Of a stretch of DNA of 64,000 nt, positions 35,190 through 50,300 are shown piece after piece (position 1 is the first letter of the stretch; each line of letters starts with the position of its first letter). Location of the stretch: contig CAWCPV010000004.1 of assembly GCA_963797555.1 (NCBI GenBank), forward strand, positions 192,001 to 256,000, written 5' to 3'. The position numbers were made by a program, and so were the translations under genes. The notes below the pieces were generated by a model. That model worked only from the letters and a program-made list of their open reading frames with translations. It was not told where the DNA came from and ran no database searches. The DNA comes from an uncultured Gammaproteobacteria bacterium (GTDB lineage Bacteria; Pseudomonadota; Gammaproteobacteria; CAWCPV01).

Positions 35190-35443
35190 TTCCGATCTCG
35201 CATCACCAGGTCGGAGATGAGAGGCTCGCCCGGTGGCGTGGGTATGCGCCGCTACAGGTGCCTGCAGCTTGTCCCCGCTGCCGGGCCGGATCCACGGCTG
35301 CGCCCTGAGGCGTGCGATTGCTTCCGCCTCGGCATCTTCAGACTGCACAGCCGGCGGCGCGAGCCTTGCGATGGGCCGCCCGCCTGCACGCGCCGCAGGT
35401 ACTCCGACAGACGGTTCTTGATCTCCCGTACGGAAACTTCCAT
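35186..35443 (-). pseudogene. Phd-family antitoxin with deletion and frameshifts
   Basis: MEVSVREIKNRLSEYLRRVQAG | GRPIARL... | GEPLISDLVMRDRK split over two frames. Confidence 0.75.
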
Positions 35444-35591
35444 CGCTCATCCCTCAATGTGGCTACGCTCAAGCGATTGTAGACACATGCGCCAGCTCGG
35501 CGAGCACCACGAATGCCCGTCCGAGGCCCGCGGGCGCGTGCAGGCTTCCAGGCCTGGGCGTTCCGTGTCCACATGCGCCTGTCGCAGCAAT

Positions 35592-35623
35592 GTAGGTTGG
35601 GCATGAGCGGAGCGTTGCCCAAC
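35592..35623. repeat. GTAG-type REP-like palindrome
   Basis: GTAG GTTGGGCA...TGCCCAAC stem-loop. Confidence 0.55.
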
Positions 35624-35821
35624 GAAGCGACTACGAGTGCAGACGCTTGTCCCGACCTGCAGGTGTGGCGCTCTCGGCCCTTCCTGCGGGAGAGGGAGGA
35701 AAGGAAACACTTGCGATTGACAAGACGGGGCACGAACCTTTGCGTGTCCCGGCGTGGCGAGCATCGCCATGACCGGTTGGGCCAAGGGTAAACAGGCGGA
35801 GAAGGAACGACGGTGACGAGA

Positions 35822-36130
35822 TCAGTTACAGCCGTGGCGGCCGCGCGAAGGGCTATCGCCCCGGACTCCCATATACGCCCGGAGGAGCAAGTTGATGCGC
35901 TTCTGGCATCCGCGAGCCTGTGCCTTGAACCAGTCGAGTACGTCGGCATCCCGTCGCATCGCGCCCCCTTTCTTGGGCTGCACCGGCCGCAGGCCGCCGC
36001 GCGCGGCCGCACGCCCGAACATCTCCGACGTAACCTCCAGAATGTCGGAGAAATCAACGTCCTCGTCACACAGCGCGTCCACCCGCGCCCAGTCAGTCTG
36101 GAAGGCATTCGAAGAAGAGGACTCGTTCAT
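35822..36130 (-). pseudogene. Degenerate orphan BrnA-like antitoxin
   Basis: TDWARVDA, DADVLDWFKAQ...QKRINLLLRAY; no cognate toxin alongside. Confidence 0.7.
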
Positions 36131-36164
36131 GGCGCCTGGATTTGGCGTGGAAGCGGCTGTCACG

Positions 36165-36369
36165 CTAAAGGTCTTGCGGTGTAAGGCCGGTATGCTTGGA
36201 GATGCGTGCAAGGACCAATCTCCTCCCGATCGTGGAACGCGAACACAAAGTCCGGCCAGCCGTCCCGAGAGAGGGTCCGATGGGAGCCCGACTGCCGTTT
36301 TACCTGCCAGCCTATGCGCAGCAGGGCAGCAAGGACACGCTTGGCCTTGCAGGATCGCCATCCGCTCAC
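36165..36369 (-). pseudogene. hicA: HicA toxin, small deletion near the C-terminus
   Basis: KAKRVLAALLRIGW...QSGSHR...FHDREEIGP then LARISKHTGLTPQDL in another frame. Confidence 0.8.
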
Positions 36370-36572
36370 GTCGGAGCGAAGGAGATGCTGATGGGCTCGG
36401 GGCCGGCCTCACCGTGTTCCAACCGCTCAGCCAGTACGCGCAACGCGAGCACCTCGGCCCTTGCCATCGCCTCGTCAGGCGTTGCACCGTACGTCAAAAC
36501 GCCAGGAAGCTGGGACACCCCCGCAAGCCACCGGCCGTCCTCTTCCTGCTCGTATTCTATGGTGAAGTTCAT
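36366..36572 (-). CDS. hicB: Short HicB antitoxin
   Basis: IEYEQEEDGRWLA...LPGVLTYGATPDEA. Confidence 0.85.
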   Translation of the reverse strand: MNFTIEYEQEEDGRWLAGVSQLPGVLTYGATPDEAMARAEVLALRVLAERLEHGEAGPEPISISFAPT

Positions 36573-36674
36573 GGGGCACATCCAACGGTCCACAAGGCAC
36601 TCGACCATTGTACGCAAGGAGAGGTCCGCTGCGAACGGCGGGGGGCGGCGCCCGGTCGACGAAAAGGGGGGTGA

Positions 36675-42424
<5,750 letters not shown>

Positions 42425-42425
42425 C

Positions 42426-43961
42426 ATGCTGGCCCTCGAACTCAGGTTCCCGGCCGGACGCTATCACGCCACACCCTGGGGACGGCACGTCAACGAGGCC
42501 GATGTCGCCTGGCCTCCCGATGTCTGGCGGCTGGCCCGCGCTCTGATCGCCACCTGGCACCGGAAACTCGACTCGGACCACTATCCGAGGACCGACTTGG
42601 AGATGCTCTTAGCCACCATGGCCCGCGCCGACCCGCCGGTCTACACGCTGCCACCCGCCGTGCATGCACACACACGGCATTACATGCCCATGCGCGAGGG
42701 AAAGAGCGATAAGAATACGCTGATCTTCGACGCCTTCGCCCGCCTCGATCCCACCGCCCCACTCGTGATGGCCTGGCCCGACCTCGATCTGGATGCAGCG
42801 GCGGAGCGACTGCTCGACGCCCTGCTCGAAGCCACAGGCTACCTCGGGCGGGCGGAGAGCTGGCTGGACGCGCGCCGTGCCGAGGCTTGGGCGGGAGCAA
42901 CAGATTGTGTGCCGGGTGACGCCGCCGTGGACATTGAGACTGGCGAGGTCTTCGGCGATGTGATCACCCTGCATCTGCCCCGTGCGCCGGAAGACTATGG
43001 CGAGTTCCGCGCACGCACGCTGGAGACATCCGCGTCTCGCAACTTAAAGCCAGCAGAAGAGCGTCGGCTCGAAGCCACCTTGCCCGAGTCCTGGCTCAGT
43101 GCCATCGGTGTGGACACGGCGGATTTGCAGGCCGCTGGTTGGAGCGCGCCACCGGCCGCGCGCCGGGTGAGCTATGTCCGCCCGGCACAGGTCCTGCGAC
43201 CGATCGCCACATTGCAGCCACGTGCGCCCAGCAAGCTTCCCTCGGTCACCAGCGCCCGCCTCGCCCTCTACGGCAAACCCCTCCCCCGCATCGAGGACGC
43301 GGTGCGGGTGGGCGAATGGCTGCGGCTTGCTGTGGTGGGAAAGGCGGGCCGTCTGCTCGGCGAGGACCGGGTGCCCGCAACGCTTTCCGGCCACGATCTG
43401 CCTGCCGGTCACCGCCATGAACACGCGTTCTATCTTCCTGAGGATGCCGACGGCGATGGGTTCATCGACCACCTCATGGTTTACGCGCCCGGTGGGCTGG
43501 ACGCATCATCGCGCAGTGTGCTCGGCGCGCTCACGCGGCTCTGGACGCGCGACGGTCTGGAATGGCAAATCATCCTGGAGGGCATGGGGACGGGAGAGCA
43601 GTTCGTAGAATCGGGCCGCCTGCTGCGGAGCAGCCGGGAATGGCGTTCGGTGACGCCCTACCTCCACCCCTGGCACGTCAAGAAGCGCTTCACGGTCGAG
43701 GACCAGATTCGCCGCGAGTGCCGCGAACGCGGTCTGCCGGAGCCTGCCGGGATCGAAGGCATCGCCGAGGTCGAAGTGAGCCCCGGCCAGCGTCGCCGCG
43801 CCATCCACTTCCACCGCTTCCGCAGCAAGCACGGGCTCACGCAGCCAGACCGGCAGGGCAGCTTCTGGCGTCTTGTCTTTCCCGAGCCGATCCGGGGTCC
43901 CCTCGCCTTGGGCTTCGCCTGCCACTTCGGGCTGGGACTATTCCGGCCGGCGCCGGGATGA
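42426..43961 (+). CDS. csb2: Type I-G Cas5/Cas6 fusion (Csb2)
   Basis: FPAGRYHATPWGRHVNE, YLGRAES, HEHAFYLP, GPLALGFACHFGLGLF. Confidence 0.92.
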   Translation: MLALELRFPAGRYHATPWGRHVNEADVAWPPDVWRLARALIATWHRKLDSDHYPRTDLEMLLATMARADPPVYTLPPAVHAHTRHYMPMREGKSDKNTLIFDAFARLDPTAPLVMAWPDLDLDAAAERLLDALLEATGYLGRAESWLDARRAEAWAGATDCVPGDAAVDIETGEVFGDVITLHLPRAPEDYGEFRARTLETSASRNLKPAEERRLEATLPESWLSAIGVDTADLQAAGWSAPPAARRVSYVRPAQVLRPIATLQPRAPSKLPSVTSARLALYGKPLPRIEDAVRVGEWLRLAVVGKAGRLLGEDRVPATLSGHDLPAGHRHEHAFYLPEDADGDGFIDHLMVYAPGGLDASSRSVLGALTRLWTRDGLEWQIILEGMGTGEQFVESGRLLRSSREWRSVTPYLHPWHVKKRFTVEDQIRRECRERGLPEPAGIEGIAEVEVSPGQRRRAIHFHRFRSKHGLTQPDRQGSFWRLVFPEPIRGPLALGFACHFGLGLFRPAPG

Positions 43962-43965
43962 AGGA

Positions 43966-44043
43966 TCAAGCCATCCCCAGTAACGCTTCCAGACTCCGCT
44001 CTACCGCGGACATCTCCTCGGGCGTGAGCGCGGCGATCCGTAG
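43966..44043 (-). pseudogene. C-terminal fragment of a MazF/PemK-like toxin
   Basis: Minus strand reads LRIAALTPEEMSAVERSLEALLGMA-stop, resembling the terminal helix of PemK/MazF. Confidence 0.4.
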
Positions 44044-44068
44044 ACGGGGTCGGCTGCGAGCCCTTGAA

Positions 44069-44350
44069 TTAGACGGACGCATCCCTGAACGCTCGCAGCA
44101 CTGCATTGATGCGCGTTTGGTAACCTGGACCTTGCGCTTTGAACCACTCCAATACGTCCGTATCGATGCGCAACGACACCGACGTTTTCGGCGGCACCGG
44201 CTTCAGCCCCCGCCGGACAATGCCTCTGACGATGTGGCTCGCATCCGCCTCTGGATGCTCGGGCGTGGGGTGGATGTCCCCTTCTTTCATCGAGCTGCAG
44301 CCGCGCCCAATCCGTCTTAGATGTTTTGGAAGAGGATTTCCGCTCCGCGC
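44069..44350 (-). CDS. brnA: BrnA-family antitoxin (frameshift near 44295; start uncertain)
   Basis: SKTDWARL | ...KTSVSLRIDTDVLEWFKAQGPGYQTRINAVLR. Confidence 0.8.
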   Translation of the reverse strand, partial: ARSGNPLPKHLRRIGRGCSSMKEGDIHPTPEHPEADASHIVRGIVRRGLKPVPPKTSVSLRIDTDVLEWFKAQGPGYQTRINAVLRAFRDASV

Positions 44351-44586
44351 TTGGTCGCTTTGCGGAAGGAGATGATGTGGATTTCATGTTCGATCTCGGT
44401 ATGTACGACGGAAACAGGAATCCCTTGAAGCGGGCCAAGGGTGACCAGGAGCTGTTCACCGTAGGCGAATCGGTCGTCTTCGAAGGTGTACGTTGGCCCC
44501 TCGAACACCTGAGCAGCGTCGATGAAGTCAAGGCCGTGGTCTTTGAGGTTCGTCCTCCGTTTCGACTCACGCCATGTGAACCGCAC
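44317..44586 (-). CDS. brnT: BrnT-family toxin
   Basis: FTWRESKRRTNLKDHGLDF...IHIISFRKAT. Confidence 0.85.
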   Translation of the reverse strand: MRFTWRESKRRTNLKDHGLDFIDAAQVFEGPTYTFEDDRFAYGEQLLVTLGPLQGIPVSVVHTEIEHEIHIISFRKATKRGAEILFQNI

Positions 44587-44645
44587 CGGAACAATGTACA
44601 TACAATCTGTAGGTGCGGCAAGAGCAGGTGAGGGTCTAAGATGTT

Positions 44646-44990
44646 GTGTCGCGAGCGTTCTTGACTGAGCCGAGCCAGGTGCAGGCAGCGATTGACCGAC
44701 TGCTGATGGAGCAGGGCGAGGTGGCGCCCGTGGAGGTGCTCCTGGCGATCGGCTGCCTGGCCTATCGGGACTACGAAGCAGGGCGCGAGGGCCGCGTGGC
44801 TTTCCTGGAGGACCTGCTGCAATGCTCTCCGGAGGAGGTGCGACGGCTGCTGCAGGAGGTCGGCGCTCGGGCGCTGGCCCATGGGCTCAGGGCCGAAGAG
44901 TTCTCCTATGCCCACTGGGCCGGGCCACAGCAGCGGGCCGAGAGGCCCGCCCAAAGCAGAGCTGCCGCCCCCCGCGGGCGGGCGTCTCCA
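44646..44990 (+). pseudogene. Probable truncated hypothetical protein
   Basis: Protein-like N-terminus (QAAIDRLLMEQGEVAPVEVLL...YRDYEAGREG) runs into low-complexity sequence before cas4/1. Confidence 0.4.
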
Positions 44991-44997
44991 CCGTCCC

Positions 44998-46722
44998 ATG
45001 ACTGATCAGCTCGATCTGCCGCTGCCTTTTCCCGAGCTGGCGCGCGACCTGCCGCTGATGCCCGCGCGCATGGTCAACGAGTACCAGTATTGCCCGCGGC
45101 TCGCCTACCTGGAGTGGGTGCAGGGCGAGTGGGCGGACTCGTCGGATACCGTCGAAGGCCGCTACACGCACCGCCGCGTGGACAAGCCGGGCGGCGAACT
45201 GCCGCCTCCCGAGGATGCTGGAGGCCGGCGACCGCGTCCACGCACGCTCCATCACGCTGTCATCCAACCGCCTCGGGCTCATCGCGCAAGATCGACCTGG
45301 TCGAGGGCGAGGGCGGATACGGTCATGCCGGTGGACTACAAGCGCGGCAAGCGCCCGCACGTCGCCGAGGGCGCCTACGATCCGGAGCGCGTGCAGCTCT
45401 GCGTGCAGGGCATGATCCTGGAGGAGCACGGCTAGCTGCGACGAGGGCGTGCTCTACTTCGTCGGAGTCCGCGAGCGCGTACGCGTGGTCTTCGACGAAG
45501 AGCTGCGCGCGCACGACACGCAACGCCGTCGACGGCCTGCGCCTCGATCGCGGCCGGCGGACAGACTGCCGCCGCCGCTCGACGACAGCCCCAAGTGCCC
45601 GCGCTGCTCGCTGGTCGGCATCTGCCTGCCGGACGAGGTGCAATTTCTGCGCAGCGCCGAGCCGAGGCCAGCCCGCGCCCGCTCGCGGTCGGCGCGCGAC
45701 GAGGCCCTGCCGCTGTATGTGCAGGCGAGCGGTGCGCGCGTCGCGCAAGAAGGGCGAGACGCTGGAAGTCGAGGTCAGACGACAAGCCCGTAGCGACAGT
45801 GCGCCTGATGGAAGTCTCGCAGGTGGTGCTCCATGGGCAACGTCTACGTCACCACGCCCACCCTGCACGAGCTGATGCACCGCGAGATCCCGGTGAACTG
45901 GCATTAGCTACGGCGGGTGGTTCCTGGGCCATACCGTCGAGCACCGGCCACAAGAACGTCGAGATACGCACCGCCCAGTACCGCGCGAGCTTCGACGAGA
46001 CGCAGTGCCTGCACCTCGCCGGGGCCTGGTGCATCGCCAAGATCCAGAACTGCCGCACGCTGCTGCGGCGCAACTGGCGAGACGAGGACAAGCCCGACGG
46101 CTGGTAGAGTCGCTCAAGCGGGACGCCGACGAGGCGACGCGGGCCAAGAGCCTCCCGCAACTCCTCGGCATCGAGGGCGGCGCCGCGGCCCGCTACTTCG
46201 GGTCTTTCGGCGCAAGCTGATCAAGCGCGACGCCGACTCCGCAAGCTTCGCCTTCGACTTCACCCGGCGCAACCGCCGGCCGCCGACCGACCCGGTCAAC
46301 GCCATGCTCTCCTTCGCCTATGCCATCCTGGTGCGGACCTGGACCAACACGCTGTCGGCCGTAGGCTTCGACCCGTACCGTGGCTTCTACCACCAGCCCC
46401 GGTACGGTCGCCCCGCCCTCGCTCTAGACATGATGGAGCCGTTCCGGCCGCTGGTCGCGGACTCCGCCGTGCTACTCGGCCATCAACAACGGCGAAGTGC
46501 GCCCCACCGACTTCATCTCCGCCGGCCGGCAGCGTGGCGCTCGCGAGCGACGGTCGAAAGCGGTTCATCGCTACATTCGAGCGCCGCATGTCCCAGGAGG
46601 TCACGCACCCGCTATTCGGCTACAAAGTCAGTTACCGCCGGCTGTTGGAGCTGCAGGCGCGTCTGCTCGGGCGTTACCTTCTCGGGGACATCCCGGATTT
46701 CCCGAACTTCACCACGCGTTGA
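44998..46722 (+). CDS. cas4/cas1: Cas4-Cas1 fusion; about 15 or more frame breaks in this assembly
   Basis: [30 protein letters not shown] (Cas4); [48 protein letters not shown] (Cas1). Confidence 0.9.
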
Positions 46723-46881
46723 GCAGCGCAGACCGATGCGAACCTCCAAAAGCCTGCAGATGGCGGGTCGTAAGAGCGAGCTTACTCGGGACCGTCTCGC
46801 CTCCATGAGGTTCCTCCCCCGAGCCCGGCCCGCTCTGACAAGGGGCCGTAAAGGTTTTTCCAGGCGGCCTGATGCCGAGGG

Positions 46882-47181
46882 ATGACTGAGGTGGACGAGC
46901 ACCTGTATGTCGTGACCTACGACATCCGCGACCCGAAACGCTGGCATAGCGTGTTCACGCTGATGAAAGGCTACGGTGAATGGCTGCAGCTTTCGGTGTT
47001 CCAATGCCGCCTCACCCGACGGCACCATGCGGAGCTGCTGGCTACCCTTGACGAGATCATCCACCACGCGGAGGATCACGTTCTAATGCTCGACCTCGGG
47101 CTTGCCCAGCATGTCGTCCCGCGCGTGGTCAGCCTGGGCAAGGCATTCGAGCCCGTACGTCATGAGCCGACTATCGTGTGA
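46882..47181 (+). CDS. cas2: Cas2
   Basis: [19 protein letters not shown]. Confidence 0.95.
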   Translation: MTEVDEHLYVVTYDIRDPKRWHSVFTLMKGYGEWLQLSVFQCRLTRRHHAELLATLDEIIHHAEDHVLMLDLGLAQHVVPRVVSLGKAFEPVRHEPTIV

Positions 47182-47385
47182 CGCCCGCCGTGGGCTTGCG
47201 AGCGCTCCGATCATCTCCCGCAGTCCGGGGAGCGCTCGCAGCCTGGGAAGCTCTTTAACAACATGGACTTCGACATCTGGCGGTGGCCCGAATATGAGAT
47301 CTCGCACCCGTTCTTCAGCCGTCTCCTCCGAGCGCTCGCAGAGACGAGCGGAAGCTGTTCGGAGGTGCGGGCCGACAACACCGCG
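47182..47385 (+). promoter_or_regulatory. CRISPR leader
   Basis: Non-coding gap between cas2 and the first repeat; contains a TGCGAGCGCTCC/GGAGCGCTCGCA inverted repeat. Confidence 0.8.
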
Positions 47386-50300
47386 GTTATCCGCGGCAAA
47401 TTGCCGCGGCCCCATTGAAGCGCGAGTAACGGCACCCCGGAACACCCGCAACACTCGTTATCCGCGGCAAATTGCCGCGGCCCCATTGAAGCTACGTCTC
47501 CTCAAATGCGGCGCGTATGCTCGGAGTTATCCGCGGCAAATTGCCGCGGCCCCATTGAAGCCTGGCTCAGTCAGACCGATCGACTGGCAGTCCGCGACGT
47601 TATCCGCGGCAAATTGCCGCGGCCCCATTGAAGCGGCTCAGGATCGCAGCTTGTACAACGCTCGCGGCTCTCGTTATCCGCGGCAAATTGCCGCGGCCCC
47701 ATTGAAGCAACGCCTGATGGTCGCGCATTGTGTCCCGCGCGCCCGCACGGTTATCCGCGGCAAATTGCCGCGGCCCCATTGAAGCCAGCTCCAATGTACT
47801 CGATGGGCACATCCTCAAACGGTTATCCGCGGCAAATTGCCGCGGCCCCATTGAAGCGCGCAGGCCAGCCAGCCGCCGATACGACCTGCCCTATGTTATC
47901 CGCGGCAAATTGCCGCGGCCCCATTGAAGCGGTTGTCGGCCAGGATTCGACGCCAGCTGATCCGTGGTTATCCGCGGCAAATTGCCGCGGCCCCATTGAA
48001 GCGAGTACCGCTGGACTGACGGAACCGACGACATACCGCGGTTATCCGCGGCAAATTGCCGCGGCCCCATTGAAGCCGGTCTACGGCAGGATCATCGACT
48101 GCGGCTACGTCTGGTTATCCGCGGCAAATTGCCGCGGCCCCATTGAAGCATGATCCGACCTACAGGTCCCCGAGCATCGGTCACAGTTATCCGCGGCAAA
48201 TTGCCGCGGCCCCATTGAAGCGCCAGGCGTGGCCTTCACCAGCTGCAAGTTTCACGCATGCGGTTATCCGCGGCAAATTGCCGCGGCCCCATTGAAGCCG
48301 GACGTCGGGCTCATTACTCCTCCGTCGCCTCGCTCGCTGTTATCCGCGGCAAATTGCCGCGGCCCCATTGAAGCAGCGAGCTCTGCAATAGCAATAAACG
48401 ATCCGCGGGCGATCGTTATCCGCGGCAAATTGCCGCGGCCCCATTGAAGCTGATCGAGAAGGTTCTGGGCTCGGTCCAGCCGTGTAGGTTATCCGCGGCA
48501 AATTGCCGCGGCCCCATTGAAGCGTCGATCCGTTATATGACCTCGATTCCTGGACCACTTGTTATCCGCGGCAAATTGCCGCGGCCCCATTGAAGCACCA
48601 GAGGTTGTACCCGCTCATTCGGTGGCGGTCCGCGTTATCCGCGGCAAATTGCCGCGGCCCCATTGAAGCCTGCAGATCCGCTACTGCACGTCAGAGCGGC
48701 ATGCGAGTCCCGTTATCCGCGGCAAATTGCCGCGGCCCCATTGAAGCCCGTTCCGAGCGATTTCTGACCAGGAACTGAGAACTCTCGTTATCCGCGGCAA
48801 ATTGCCGCGGCCCCATTGAAGCGCGACAATCTCGTGCGATACCGTCGCGCCTCGGCGCGGTTATCCGCGGCAAATTGCCGCGGCCCCATTGAAGCACCGC
48901 GAAACTGACGGCGTTCTAACGCTGAGCGCAGTTATCCGCGGCAAATTGCCGCGGCCCCATTGAAGCGCCACGACTCTGCTCGGATGGCCTCGAGCCCATG
49001 GATCAGGTTATCCGCGGCAAATTGCCGCGGCCCCATTGAAGCGCGACTGTAGTCTGTCCATGTTGGTGCGCCTGTCTCGTTATCCGCGGCAAATTGCCGC
49101 GGCCCCATTGAAGCTGCGCGCGCGGCTGAGAGGTCGGATGCGCGGCGCGATCCTGTTATCCGCGGCAAATTGCCGCGGCCCCATTGAAGCACTCACGAGC
49201 CGTCGATCCACAGCGACTGCCGAACACCGTTATCCGCGGCAAATTGCCGCGGCCCCATTGAAGCGGGGCCGCAGGCGGTCGGAGCGATGACCGCTGGCAG
49301 CACGTTATCCGCGGCAAATTGCCGCGGCCCCATTGAAGCGCGTCACCGCGCTGCAGACGCTAGGCCTGCGGACGCAGGTTATCCGCGGCAAATTGCCGCG
49401 GCCCCATTGAAGCCGGTCATCGCCAGTCCGGCGTAGTGATGCTCGGCAGCGTTATCCGCGGCAAATTGCCGCGGCCCCATTGAAGCGGCAGCAGCAATGC
49501 CAGCATGAGCGCGTCGGCTTCGCGCGTTATCCGCGGCAAATTGCCGCGGCCCCATTGAAGCCTGCGTGCAGCAGTCTTGTCAACTCCGATGTCCCGTCGG
49601 TTATCCGCGGCAAATTGCCGCGGCCCCATTGAAGCGGCAACTCGGCAGCACCGGCAGGTCGAGCGCGGCAGGCTGTTATCCGCGGCAAATTGCCGCGGCC
49701 CCATTGAAGCAGCAGCACGGAGTCATGACGTCAGCTCTTGACATTGCGTTATCCGCGGCAAATTGCCGCGGCCCCATTGAAGCGGCACGGCTGGAACGTC
49801 CATCGCCGTGCTTTACCGAATGTTATCCGCGGCAAATTGCCGCGGCCCCATTGAAGCACCGAGCCTCTACGGCTAGCGCCACTGCGCGAGTCCGGTTATC
49901 CGCGGCAAATTGCCGCGGCCCCATTGAAGCCAGTCACGGAAAGCGATCCCGATCGCTACGCGGCGCGTTATCCGCGGCAAATTGCCGCGGCCCCATTGAA
50001 GCGCATACTCCACTTCATGCGCCTTGCCCTGGCTCGGATGGTTATCCGCGGCAAATTGCCGCGGCCCCATTGAAGCACGCCAAGACCTGCGCCCCGCTGG
50101 CGGGCAGGGATTGATGTTATCCGCGGCAAATTGCCGCGGCCCCATTGAAGCTCGCTCCGCAGTCGCTCCGGGACTCCCCATGACAGCGGTTATCCGCGGC
50201 AAATTGCCGCGGCCCCATTGAAGCGTAGCGTCCCAGGTATGGCTGCGCGCGGGCGCTCTGTTATCCGCGGCAAATTGCCGCGGCCCCATTGAAGCCAAGG

